This document shows, piece by piece, positions 28,774 through 38,011 of a stretch of DNA of 64,000 nucleotides. The notes beneath the pieces were generated by a model. That model was not told the DNA's origin. It saw nothing but the letters and a program-made list of their open reading frames with translations, and searched no databases. The stretch is from Desulfobacterales bacterium (GTDB lineage: Bacteria; Desulfobacterota; Desulfobacteria; Desulfobacterales; UBA5852): assembly GCA_963674755.2 (NCBI GenBank), contig CAXXVS010000002.1, positions 1,920,001 through 1,984,000 on the forward strand, in the 5' to 3' direction. Positions within the stretch are counted from its first letter, which is position 1; every line of letters starts with the position of its first letter. The position numbers were made by a program, and so were the translations under genes.

Positions 28774-30515
28774 TGGTCGGCAACCCTCCCCTGAATAGTG
28801 CGGCAAGGGCGGCCATCCTGCCGGCCGGCAAAGGCATCCGCCACGATACGGACCATCGCACGGAATCCGTTTTCCGGCAGGACGGCGCTCTGATTGGGAC
28901 AGACGGCCGCACAGCTGCCGCACCCCATGCAGCGCACCGGGTCCACCATCGCCCGCCAGCCGGTTGGGGTCTGTTCCAGACGGCAGGCCGTAAACGGACA
29001 GACTGCCACACAATTGCCACAGCCCGTGCAGGTCTCCGGCAACACCTGGGCACAGGCCGCACGGGCCTTCTGAAAACTGATCAACTCGGAGGCCCGGCAG
29101 ACCGGGCGGGACACCAGATGCAGGGCCTTGGCGGCCGCGGCCCGGCCCTGGGTCATGGCCCCTTCGACCATCACCGGCCAGCGCGCGGCGCCGCATACAA
29201 ACAGGCCCGGGGCCGAGGTTTCCACCGTGTGCAGAAAGGGCTGCACCCGGTAGAAGCCGTGGCGCTCCGCCGGGAGCGGGATGGCCCGGTTCTCCCGGGG
29301 CTCCAGCGGAGTGCTGAGCACCACGCGCTGCGCTGCGATCGAGCGCTCCCGGCCGGACAGGGCATCCGCGACCGTTACGCCGGTGACCTTGTCTCGGCCT
29401 TCGATACGGGGCGGCTCCTGCGGATCGAAGCGGATGAACAGTACCCCGGCGGCCGTGGCCCGGCGGTACAGGGCCTCCAGCTGGCGGCCGGGGCTCATGA
29501 TGTCCCGGTGCAGAATGGTCACCGCCATTCCGGGATCGCCCTCCTTCAAGCGGATGGCGTTTTTGAGGGCCGCCGGACAGCAGACCGCCGAACAATAGGA
29601 GCGCTCCTGGTTGCGGACATTCACACACTGGATGAAAACCGTGTCCCCGCCGATGGGTCCACCGTCCCGGAAGGCCTTCTCCATTTCCATGCCGCTGATC
29701 ACCCCGGGCAACTCGCCGTAGCGGTAGATGCCCCGGGAGAGCCGCGGCTTGGCCCCGGTGGCCACGATTACCGCCCCGGCCGTGAGATGCGTCTCCCCGT
29801 TCTTGCCGGACAGACGGGCCTCAAAATTTCCGGCGCTGCCGCTGAGCGCCGCCACCCGGGTGCCGAGATGCACCTGGATATGGGGATCGTTTTGGATCGC
29901 TTCCACCAGCGGCTCCCGCATGGCGTCCGCGCCCTGGTTCGACGGCGTCACCCGTCCGAGGTAGTTCAGCATGCCGCCCAGCCGGCCGGTCGCTTCCACC
30001 AGGGTCACAGCGACCCCGGCGCGCCCCAGGGCCGCTGCCGCGGCCAGGCCGGCCGGCCCGCCGCCCATGACCAGAACGCGTTGGCAGACCGCGATGTCAA
30101 TATCCGGCGGAGCCTCGCGGTAGCGCAGGGCCGTGATGCCCATACGGATCAGGTCCGCGGCCTTGGCCGTGGCCGCCTCTGATTGAGCGGCGTGAATCCA
30201 GGCGCATCCCTCGCGGATATCGGTGACCATCACCCGTGCGGGATCGACGCCGTAAGCTTCGAGGCGGTCGATCAGGTCCTCGCCCCGGGCCAGTGGGGAG
30301 CAGCCCGCGATCAGGAGCCGGGTTCCGTTGTCGGCTTGCATGCGTCGGGCCAGGTTGGCCAGGATATCGCCCAAGCACAGGGCGTCACAACTCTCGACGG
30401 AAGCCACCCGGTCATCACCGGCCAACTGCCGTTGCAACCGGTTAAAACTCACGATATCGCCGATCTCCCCGTGGCAGCGGCATAAGATGCAATTAACGAC
30501 AGGGAAAGCGGTCAT
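28770..30515 (-). CDS. hdrA: HdrA-like flavoprotein (N-terminal Cys domain, C-terminal 2x[4Fe-4S])
   Basis: CRCHGEI, AGCSP, IREGCAWIH, GGGPAGL, FIQCV.R..YCSAVCC, CTGCGNCVAVCP, CMGCGSCAAVCP. Confidence 0.88.
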   Translation of the reverse strand: MTAFPVVNCILCRCHGEIGDIVSFNRLQRQLAGDDRVASVESCDALCLGDILANLARRMQADNGTRLLIAGCSPLARGEDLIDRLEAYGVDPARVMVTDIREGCAWIHAAQSEAATAKAADLIRMGITALRYREAPPDIDIAVCQRVLVMGGGPAGLAAAAALGRAGVAVTLVEATGRLGGMLNYLGRVTPSNQGADAMREPLVEAIQNDPHIQVHLGTRVAALSGSAGNFEARLSGKNGETHLTAGAVIVATGAKPRLSRGIYRYGELPGVISGMEMEKAFRDGGPIGGDTVFIQCVNVRNQERSYCSAVCCPAALKNAIRLKEGDPGMAVTILHRDIMSPGRQLEALYRRATAAGVLFIRFDPQEPPRIEGRDKVTGVTVADALSGRERSIAAQRVVLSTPLEPRENRAIPLPAERHGFYRVQPFLHTVETSAPGLFVCGAARWPVMVEGAMTQGRAAAAKALHLVSRPVCRASELISFQKARAACAQVLPETCTGCGNCVAVCPFTACRLEQTPTGWRAMVDPVRCMGCGSCAAVCPNQSAVLPENGFRAMVRIVADAFAGRQDGRPCRTIQGRVADQ

Positions 30516-31735
30516 CGAACCACCTCCGTCAGGGTCTCCATGGCCGCCGCCGAACCCTGGACCGCCGCCGTCTCCACATCGGCCGGTGCCTTGCAGAAGC
30601 CGCAGCTTCGAGCCCCGGGAACGTCTTCTGCCACAAAACCGCCCGCGGCAAGGCAGGAGGCCTCCACGGCCTCGGGTACGGCCGGTCGCAGGCCGCCGTT
30701 CAGCACCACCAGATCGAAGCGTTCCATGGCCGGCGTCCGGGTGAGGGTGTTTTCATACTTGACGGCGATCCCGTCGCCGCCGGGCAGGGGGTAGACCAGT
30801 CCCGGCCGGGCACGGACCATTTCGATGCCTTCGGCAAGGGCCGCCTGGCGGAAATAGGTTTCGTAGCCGTGCCCCTCGGTCCGCAAATCCGTATAGAAGA
30901 TTACGCACCGGCCATCGCCCTGGCGGCGCCGCACCCAGCGGGCCTGTTTGAGGGCATGCATGCAACAGACCGCGCTGCAGTGGGACTGCAGCCGCCGGTC
31001 GCGCGCTCCGGCGCACTGGATGAACGCCACCCGGGTGGCCGGCCGGCCGTCGTGACAGCGGATCGCCCCCTGGTTGGGACCGGCCTCGGCGATCCAGGTT
31101 TCAAAGGCCAGGGCATCCATGATGTCCGGGTGGCTGCCGGCACCGAATTCCGGGGCCGGCGCCAAATCGGCCGCCTCAAACCCCGTGGCCCAGATCACGC
31201 CGCCAATCCGGAGCCGCTGCGCCTCGGCCGGACGATGCAGATCCACGGCGCCCGTGGGACAGGCCTCGCTGCAACGGCCGCAGCCGGTGCAGCGTGCCGC
31301 ATCGATCCGGAAGACCGGCGGATAGACGTGCGGCGCCGTCAATGCCACGGCGTTTTCTTCGCATGCCGCCGCACACCGTCCGCAGCAGATGCAGCGCTCA
31401 GGATCGATGGCGTTGGGCGACGTGTGCAGCACCGCGGTCTGAAAGCCCTCGCCGGGCATCAGTTCGGAAACAGTGGTCCAGGTGTGAACGCTGATCCGGG
31501 GATGGCGCCGACAGAGGCGGGCCTCGGACCAGACCGGGCAGAAACCGCAATGATCGGTGGGGTAGAGTTTGTCCAGGTGCGCCGTCCGGCCGCCCAGTTC
31601 GCCGGCGCGCTCCACCAGATGGACGCTTCGGCCGGCCCGGGCCAGGTCGAGGGCCGCGCTGATGCCGGCCACCCCGCCGCCCACCACCAGGACGGGATCG
31701 GCAATGGCATCGGATTGGGCGGGCTGTTCCATCAT
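30512..31735 (-). CDS. hdrA: Short HdrA-like flavoprotein with ferredoxin insert
   Basis: VLVVGGGVAG, LDKLYPTDHCGFC, two CxxCxxCxxxC motifs, FIQCAGARD..HCSAVCCM. Confidence 0.85.
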   Translation of the reverse strand: MMEQPAQSDAIADPVLVVGGGVAGISAALDLARAGRSVHLVERAGELGGRTAHLDKLYPTDHCGFCPVWSEARLCRRHPRISVHTWTTVSELMPGEGFQTAVLHTSPNAIDPERCICCGRCAAACEENAVALTAPHVYPPVFRIDAARCTGCGRCSEACPTGAVDLHRPAEAQRLRIGGVIWATGFEAADLAPAPEFGAGSHPDIMDALAFETWIAEAGPNQGAIRCHDGRPATRVAFIQCAGARDRRLQSHCSAVCCMHALKQARWVRRRQGDGRCVIFYTDLRTEGHGYETYFRQAALAEGIEMVRARPGLVYPLPGGDGIAVKYENTLTRTPAMERFDLVVLNGGLRPAVPEAVEASCLAAGGFVAEDVPGARSCGFCKAPADVETAAVQGSAAAMETLTEVVR

Positions 31736-32433
31736 TCCGTCCCCTCGGGGTCTTTCAACCCGTGGTTGCGGGCGATTTGTTCCAGACGCTTACCGAACCA
31801 GGTCACGAAATCGTCCTGTTCGAACTCATAGGGCCCGAGCCGGTCTTCGGGACGCATGGCAATTCTCTTTTCCGGCGCCGGGTAGCGTTTGGGATCCTCA
31901 TAGGCCACCCGGATCGCGAGGGGCTGGGTGGGACAACGGCGCACGCAGGCCCCGCAGCCGTTGCAGCGTTCGGCGATCACCACCGGATAGCGGCGCTTTT
32001 CCAGTTTGATGGCCTTGGCCTCGCAGGCCTGATAGCAGTCCTTGCAGCGCTTCTTCTTCAGCCAGGCCAGGCAGGTGTCCTGGTCGATGACGGCGTTGCC
32101 GATATCGACCTCGGCCTTGGGAACTTTGGTAATGGCGCCTGTGGGGCAGGCCCGGACGCATTCCATGCAGAAAATGCAATGGCTCGGATCAAGCACCGGC
32201 GTGCCCAGATTGACGATGCCCTCCATAAGCGAAGCCGGACGCAAGGCGCCGGCCGGGCAGGCGTCGATACAACGGTAGCAGCGGGCACAGGCCTTGCGAA
32301 AGTCGTCTTCCTCCAGGGCGGCCGGCGGCCGGGGCAGGGCCTTGGCATGCCCCACCTTCAGCAATCCGAAAAAGGTGCCGGAAAGGGCCGCACTGACCAG
32401 AAAATGAAGGAAATCTCTACGTGGGGGTTCCAT
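31732..32433 (-). CDS. NapG/MauM-family ferredoxin with twin-arginine signal
   Basis: PRRDFLH Tat motif, LPRPPAA, CARCYRCIDACP and three further Fe-S motifs. Confidence 0.85.
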   Translation of the reverse strand: MEPPRRDFLHFLVSAALSGTFFGLLKVGHAKALPRPPAALEEDDFRKACARCYRCIDACPAGALRPASLMEGIVNLGTPVLDPSHCIFCMECVRACPTGAITKVPKAEVDIGNAVIDQDTCLAWLKKKRCKDCYQACEAKAIKLEKRRYPVVIAERCNGCGACVRRCPTQPLAIRVAYEDPKRYPAPEKRIAMRPEDRLGPYEFEQDDFVTWFGKRLEQIARNHGLKDPEGTE

Positions 32434-32524
32434 GGCGCCTCACGCGATCCTGCTGTCTAGCTGTCAGTTGCCGAAACCGGGGCCGCGCCGCCCGCCGGCG
32501 CGGCCCCGTGTTTTATGACATCCC

Positions 32525-34321
32525 TCAGGCCGCCGTCTGCACATCGTCGACGGCGAACTCAAGCCCCAGCTCCTTAAGGGTTTTCTCCGTGGGGATGCCG
32601 TTGTCGTCCCAGCCGAAATAGGCATAGTAGTCGTCCTGCACCTTTTTCATCTCGGCGGGGGAAAACACCGCTCCCTTTTTGGGCCCTTCCGGCAGGGGCT
32701 CCGTCAGCATCCGCTTGGGCAGGGTATCGTCCTTGCGGCTGGTCCCCTCCCGGACATTGAAGCAGCGCTCCAGGGTCCGGATGCGGCGGGCCGTAGCCAT
32801 CAGCTCGGCTTCGTCCATATCCCATCCGCAAAGGGGATTGAGCATGTCCACAAACATTTGGGGCGACCAGTAGCCCCCCACAAAGCTGCAGATCACCAGC
32901 GAGTTGTGCAGGCAGCGCTGGGCCTGTCCGGCCGGACTGTTGCCTTCGTGGTGGTCCCCGCCGCAGGTGCCCATGGCATAGCTGACCCCGCGGGGTTTGT
33001 CGCCGCGCGGATCGTGGGCCGCCATTTCCTTGCCCTTGACCACGCAGGCAAAATCCGCAGCGTTGCCGCCCAGTTCCTTGGCCATGGCGGAAACCCCCTG
33101 GGCCAGGAATTGTCCGGCCTGGCCCTCCTTGTAGGCGATCTTGCGGACCAGTTCGATCACGGCCTCGCCGTCGCCCCACTCGAGGGTCATGCCGTCAAAC
33201 TTGTCGGCCGTGAGCAGACCCCGCTGAAACGCTTCCATGGCAAAGCCGATACAGCCGCCGGTGGAGATGGAATCCAGCCCCATGGCGTCGCACAGCTCGA
33301 TGGCCGCCATCATCAGGTCGAAATCCGCCAGCCCCAGGTTGCTGCCCAGCAGTCCGCCGGTTTCGTACTCGGGCCCTTCGGCGATGAGGCCGTCATAGTC
33401 GCCGCCCCGGATCACCCCGAGCTTCATGCAGTGGTTCGGGCAGTTGTAGCAGGCGCTGTGTTTTTTCCAGAACCGGCGGTTGGCCTCTTCCGCCCCGATC
33501 TCCTCGACATCCGGATACCAGGTCGTCTGAAAGTTCTTGGTGATCAGGGAGCCGGTAACATGGTTTTTGAATTCCAGCAGGCCGGCCGTCCCCCAGCGTT
33601 TGAGTCCCTGCCAGCCTTCTTTCTTGATGGAAAACTGTTTGTTGGCCTCGGCCGCCTTGTTAAACGCATCACGGTCCACCACCGGCACATAGCGGGTCCC
33701 CCGCAACGCGATCGCCTTGAGCTTCTTGCCCCCCATCAGGGCACCGGTGCCGGTCCGGGCCGCCGCCCGGAAGCGTTCCACCATCACGGCGGCGTATCCC
33801 ACCTGGTTTTCTCCGCCGGGACCAATGGAGGCCACCTTGACGTAGGGGTCCTTGACTTCTTCGAGAATGGTCTCTTCGGTCACATGGGTATCTTTACCCC
33901 ACAACTTGCCGGCGTCCTTGAATTCGACCTTGTCGTTGCGGACGTACAGGTAGACCGGCTTTTTCGATTGGCCGGTAATCAGAATCCCGTCCCATCCGGC
34001 CCACTTGAGTTCGTTGCCGATAAAACTGCCCACTTCGGCATGACTTAAACGCCCGGTATAGGGACTCTTATTGACAAAGCTGCAGCGGGTCGAAGCACAG
34101 GCCGTTCCCGACAGGGGACCGGCCCCCATGAAGATCGGGCTGTCCGCCGCCATGGGGTCGTGCTTGGGCTTGAGCCGCTGGAACAGCAGATAACAGCCCA
34201 GACCGGCCCCGCCGATGTAACGCCGACAGGTATCCTCATCGATCGCCAAGGTTTTGTAGGTCTGCGTGGTCAAATCGACTTCGAGAACCCGTCCGAAATG
34301 GCCGCCTTTGGGATTTGCCAT
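32525..34321 (-). CDS. aor: Tungsten-dependent aldehyde:ferredoxin oxidoreductase family catalytic subunit
   Basis: KSPYTG, ELKWAGWDG, IGPGGE, AARTGTGA..KKLKAI, CYNCPNHC, EGPEYET, GLDSIS, YY..GWD.NGIP; no signal peptide. Confidence 0.93.
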   Translation of the reverse strand: MANPKGGHFGRVLEVDLTTQTYKTLAIDEDTCRRYIGGAGLGCYLLFQRLKPKHDPMAADSPIFMGAGPLSGTACASTRCSFVNKSPYTGRLSHAEVGSFIGNELKWAGWDGILITGQSKKPVYLYVRNDKVEFKDAGKLWGKDTHVTEETILEEVKDPYVKVASIGPGGENQVGYAAVMVERFRAAARTGTGALMGGKKLKAIALRGTRYVPVVDRDAFNKAAEANKQFSIKKEGWQGLKRWGTAGLLEFKNHVTGSLITKNFQTTWYPDVEEIGAEEANRRFWKKHSACYNCPNHCMKLGVIRGGDYDGLIAEGPEYETGGLLGSNLGLADFDLMMAAIELCDAMGLDSISTGGCIGFAMEAFQRGLLTADKFDGMTLEWGDGEAVIELVRKIAYKEGQAGQFLAQGVSAMAKELGGNAADFACVVKGKEMAAHDPRGDKPRGVSYAMGTCGGDHHEGNSPAGQAQRCLHNSLVICSFVGGYWSPQMFVDMLNPLCGWDMDEAELMATARRIRTLERCFNVREGTSRKDDTLPKRMLTEPLPEGPKKGAVFSPAEMKKVQDDYYAYFGWDDNGIPTEKTLKELGLEFAVDDVQTAA

Positions 34322-34323
34322 GA

Positions 34324-35040
34324 TCAGGACCTCCTTTCGCCGTCTTCATTGGGGTAGAACATGTCGATGATCAGGTCTTCACCAGCTTGCTGCGGCGTGA
34401 CGTTCCGGTAGGACTGATTCACCCCGAAGCCGAGTTTGCCGGCCATCAGGCAGGGCCCCACCGGATTGCCGGATTGGGCTTCGCAGGCCTTTACACACTC
34501 GGGATCCCCATCACAAAGGTCACACATCAACGGCAATCCGTTTTCCTCGTCCCGCCGGATGAATTTCGACGGGCAGGCTTCGATGCATTTGTTGCATTTG
34601 GCACCGAGACAGAGCTTGGCATCCAGCTTGATGCCGTTGGTCTTCTCATCTTTCTGGATGGCTTTGGGGTTGGTGGGGCAGGCCTTGATACAGGGCGCAT
34701 CGTCGCAATGCCAGCAGATCACCGGGACATCGACCACGCCTTTGTGCTTGTAAACGTGAATCCGCGATTTGGCCGGCCATACCACCTTCTCGTGGTGCAG
34801 GCTGCAGGCGTATTCGCAGGCCCGGCACCCGACGCAGTTCTGCCGCTCGGCAAACAAATACCGCATCTGGGGGTTCGGTTGGGCCGGCTCGGCAGCCGCC
34901 GCCGACCGCCGGGGCGGCCCAATCGTGGTGGACGCCAGAGCGATTCCGGCCGCGGTGCCGACTTCCTTTAAAAAGGTCCTGCGACTGGTCTTCTTATCCA
35001 GAAACTTGTCGCTTCCGCTATCCATCGGTTTCTTCTCCAT
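34324..35040 (-). CDS. DmsB-like Fe-S subunit of the AOR with twin-arginine signal
   Basis: SRRTFLK Tat motif plus h-region and Ala-rich cleavage site; CVGCRACEYAC, CWHCDDAPCIKACP, CNKCIEACP, CDLCDGDPECVKAC; AAGGAGG RBS. Confidence 0.88.
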   Translation of the reverse strand: MEKKPMDSGSDKFLDKKTSRRTFLKEVGTAAGIALASTTIGPPRRSAAAAEPAQPNPQMRYLFAERQNCVGCRACEYACSLHHEKVVWPAKSRIHVYKHKGVVDVPVICWHCDDAPCIKACPTNPKAIQKDEKTNGIKLDAKLCLGAKCNKCIEACPSKFIRRDEENGLPLMCDLCDGDPECVKACEAQSGNPVGPCLMAGKLGFGVNQSYRNVTPQQAGEDLIIDMFYPNEDGERRS

Positions 35041-35269
35041 CCACGACCTCCTTCCCGTAGGGGGGTTCTTGGGCTTCTTTTCCAGCCTGTTGCGCCTTGC
35101 CGAAGCGGCCCCCGGGCCTGATTCTCTTCCGGGCACCGCAACCATTGGATGCCCGGGGGGGACGGAGATGCGTCAGAAAGCGCCTGTTGGTGGCATGGGT
35201 TACCGATAGCAGGACAATGACAGCCCGACAATTCGGGATATCACTCAATTGGATGGGGGTAGTACTACC

Positions 35270-35416
35270 TAGTGTCTGTTCAGAGATGGCATCTTTTGGC
35301 CCCTGGCGGCGTTCTCGCCTCCTGTCGGTCCTCGGCGTAGCCGGGCTACGCCTGTGGGCGCCCGTCGGCTGCGGCCTTGCCAGGAACCAAAATCTACCAT
35401 CTCTGGGCAGACACCA
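35270..35416 (+). repeat. Palindromic MITE-like element, copy C (short form)
   Basis: Terminal stem GTGTCTGTTCAGAGATGG / CCATCTCTGGGCAGACAC; core GGCGTTCTCGCCTCCTGTCGGTCCTCGGCGTAGCCGGGCTACGCCT also in copy A (reverse complement). Confidence 0.85.
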
Positions 35417-35556
35417 CATAGGCGAAAACTCGGCCGTCGAACAATCAGCGCAAATCAGGACAGATAATAGAATAGTGGCCGTCCACCGGCGGCGGAGCCG
35501 AGGCTGCAAGATACCCGTTATGGATGGGCACTGGGATAGGGCTACACAGGCAGGTG

Positions 35557-36207
35557 CTATTCGGAGGTATAGCCTTTACGGATGGCGTACTTGACGAGAT
35601 CGGCCAGGCTTTTCAAGCCCAGCTTCTTCATGATGCTGGCCCGGTGGTGTTCCACGGTCCGGGTACTGATGCACAACAGGTCGGCAATCTCCCGATTTGG
35701 GGCTCCCTCGGCAATCAATTTGATGACCTCCGATTCGCGGACTGTCAGCGGAGGGGCATCCAGCCGGCCGCCGCTGCGTGCCAGAAAAGCCAAACCTTCG
35801 GTCAAATCCTGCTGTAAAAGGGGCGAGAGGAATTTTTTGCCCTGACGGACGGTCTCCACGGCCAGGAGCAGTTCGGTATCCGAATCCTCTTTGAGAAGGT
35901 AACCGTCGGCCCCGGCGGCAAAGGCGTGGTAGATGTATTCGCGGTTTTTATGCATGGAAACCACCAGAATCCGCATGGGGGGGTATAGGGAGCGGATCTC
36001 GCGGACCGCTTCGATGCCCCGCAAGCGGGGCATGGCCACATCGACCAGCACCATGTCCGGGGTCATGCGCTGCAGCAGTTTCAGCAGTTCCAGACCGTCA
36101 CCGGCCTCGCCGATCACCTCCAGATCCGGCTGGCTGTCGATCATCATCTGCAATCCCCGACGCATGAGGATGTGGTCGTCCGCGATGACGATGCGGCAGG
36201 AGGTCAT
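35557..36207 (-). CDS. NarL/FixJ-family response regulator
   Basis: IADDH, DVAMP, GYLLK, LTVRESEV..IAEG..NREIA..L.IS.RTVEHHR. Confidence 0.93.
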   Translation of the reverse strand: MTSCRIVIADDHILMRRGLQMMIDSQPDLEVIGEAGDGLELLKLLQRMTPDMVLVDVAMPRLRGIEAVREIRSLYPPMRILVVSMHKNREYIYHAFAAGADGYLLKEDSDTELLLAVETVRQGKKFLSPLLQQDLTEGLAFLARSGGRLDAPPLTVRESEVIKLIAEGAPNREIADLLCISTRTVEHHRASIMKKLGLKSLADLVKYAIRKGYTSE

Positions 36208-36208
36208 G

Positions 36209-37813
36209 TCAGCGAACCCCTTCATCGATCGGGATGGTCACCCGGAGGCAGGTACCACGGCCGGGGTGGGAGTCGACCACGAGCCGACCGCCGAGCATAC
36301 GGGCGCGCTCTCCCATGGTGACGAGACCGAAACCGTCTGTGGGGGATTGCCGCCGTCGCGCCCCATCCGGATCCATGCCCTTGCCATTGTCGGTGATTTC
36401 ACAGCATACGCTCCCCGGGGTGCGTTGCATGGCCACCCGCACCCGGGAGGCCTCGGCGTGCTTGTAGATGTTGTTCAAGGCTTCCTGGAAAATCCGGTAA
36501 ATCATCAATTGGGCATCCCGGCGGAAGATATGGTCGACATTGTCCAACTCCACGGAAAACGCGCAATCCAAATACCGGACGAACTCCTCGAACAGCCAGC
36601 GCAGCGCGGCATTGAGCCCGAGATCCTCCAGAACCGCCGGCGTCAGATCATGGCAAAGCCGGCGGACGTTGTTAATGATGCCCGCTATATAGGTCAGGGT
36701 CTGTTCGCAATCGGCGCGCAGGTCGTTTTGGGCCGGCTCCAGCTTCATCTGGACGGCCCGGACCTGGAGCTTCAGCAGGGCCAGGGACTGCCCAAGTTCG
36801 TCGTGCAGGGCCCGGAAAATACGGTGACGCTCCTCCTCCTGGGCCTCGATCAGCTTCGAGGACATGCTGCGCAATTCACGGGTGGTGTTGCGGGCGGCCC
36901 CATCGGCATTTTCGCGTTCCACCGCCAATGCCAGCATATTGCCCACCCCCTGGAGAAAATCGATATCGATCTGGGAAAACGGCCGCGGCCGGGTGGCAAA
37001 GGCCCCGACCACGCCATATTGTGCGGATTCCCGGCGGACCGCCACGATCACCCCGCTCACCGCACCGAGTTTTGCGACCAGGGGGAATGCGTCCCGGAGA
37101 AGGGGGGCTTCGTTCAGGTCCTCGATCACCACCGGAGCATCAAATGTCATCGTGCACCGGAGTCGTTGGGGATAGCCGTCTTCACCGGTCAGGCTTCGGA
37201 CGACATTTTTTTCCCTGACTGCGCCGGCATGCATCTGATAACCGTCACCGTCTGGCAGAGCATCCAGAATCAGACCATATTCGACCCCCAGCACCTCGGC
37301 AACCATTGCGGCCGCCTCATCGAACAGGCGGTCGCAGGCAATGCCTGAAAGGGCCCGTTGGCCAAGATCCACGACGGCCTTCTGCTGAAGGACACGACAA
37401 TCGAGTTCGGCCTCGGTACGCTTCATCTCGCTGATGTCCACGGCCAGACCGGCCACACCGATAATGTCGCCCGCTTGGTTGTAAAAAGGAATTTTCTCGG
37501 TGCGCAGCCAGCGCTGCGTGTCGGTTATATGGGTCATCGTAATGTTGCGTTTGGGTCGGCCGCTCTCGATCACCTCCCGGTCATCTTCCCAATAGGCCGT
37601 GGCCATCCCGGGATCGGAAAGGAAATCGCCCACCGATTTTCCGATGATCTCCTCCTTGGGCAATCCGACCGCCTCGGCATAGGCGCGGTTGACCTGGACG
37701 AAACGATTGTCCCGGTTTTTGAAGAAGACCATGGCGGGAACCGCATCGAGCAGGCGTTCCCACTCTTTGCGAAGCCGCTGAAACTTCATGTCGTTTGGTG
37801 TTTCCTGCCCCAT
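36209..37813 (-). CDS. Cytoplasmic PAS-GAF HisKA_3 sensor kinase
   Basis: PAS and GAF; QEEER..RALHDELGQ, YRIFQEALNN, DNGKG, FGL..MGER. Start uncertain (37813 or 37858). Confidence 0.9.
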   Translation of the reverse strand: MGQETPNDMKFQRLRKEWERLLDAVPAMVFFKNRDNRFVQVNRAYAEAVGLPKEEIIGKSVGDFLSDPGMATAYWEDDREVIESGRPKRNITMTHITDTQRWLRTEKIPFYNQAGDIIGVAGLAVDISEMKRTEAELDCRVLQQKAVVDLGQRALSGIACDRLFDEAAAMVAEVLGVEYGLILDALPDGDGYQMHAGAVREKNVVRSLTGEDGYPQRLRCTMTFDAPVVIEDLNEAPLLRDAFPLVAKLGAVSGVIVAVRRESAQYGVVGAFATRPRPFSQIDIDFLQGVGNMLALAVERENADGAARNTTRELRSMSSKLIEAQEEERHRIFRALHDELGQSLALLKLQVRAVQMKLEPAQNDLRADCEQTLTYIAGIINNVRRLCHDLTPAVLEDLGLNAALRWLFEEFVRYLDCAFSVELDNVDHIFRRDAQLMIYRIFQEALNNIYKHAEASRVRVAMQRTPGSVCCEITDNGKGMDPDGARRRQSPTDGFGLVTMGERARMLGGRLVVDSHPGRGTCLRVTIPIDEGVR

Positions 37814-38011
37814 GCACTCTCTCGGAAAGCCCCACCTAACCGGCACCGTTATTTTCATTCCTGGAAGGCCTACTCTCTGGCATAATCAGATTCGATTTTT
37901 TTTTCAACGCCAAAGGCGAGCGGCAACCCGGGCGATTCGGCTTTGACAACAAACGCCGGCATGCCTTATGGTAGTCCTTCTGATACGATGTAACACAGGA
38001 AATGATGAAGA

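Noticed and set aside
28279..29628. 449-aa ORF suggesting a long N-terminal fusion to MvhD
   Set aside because: The extension overlaps hdrA in another frame; MvhD starts at 28773. The same applies to the Fdh extension to 27831.
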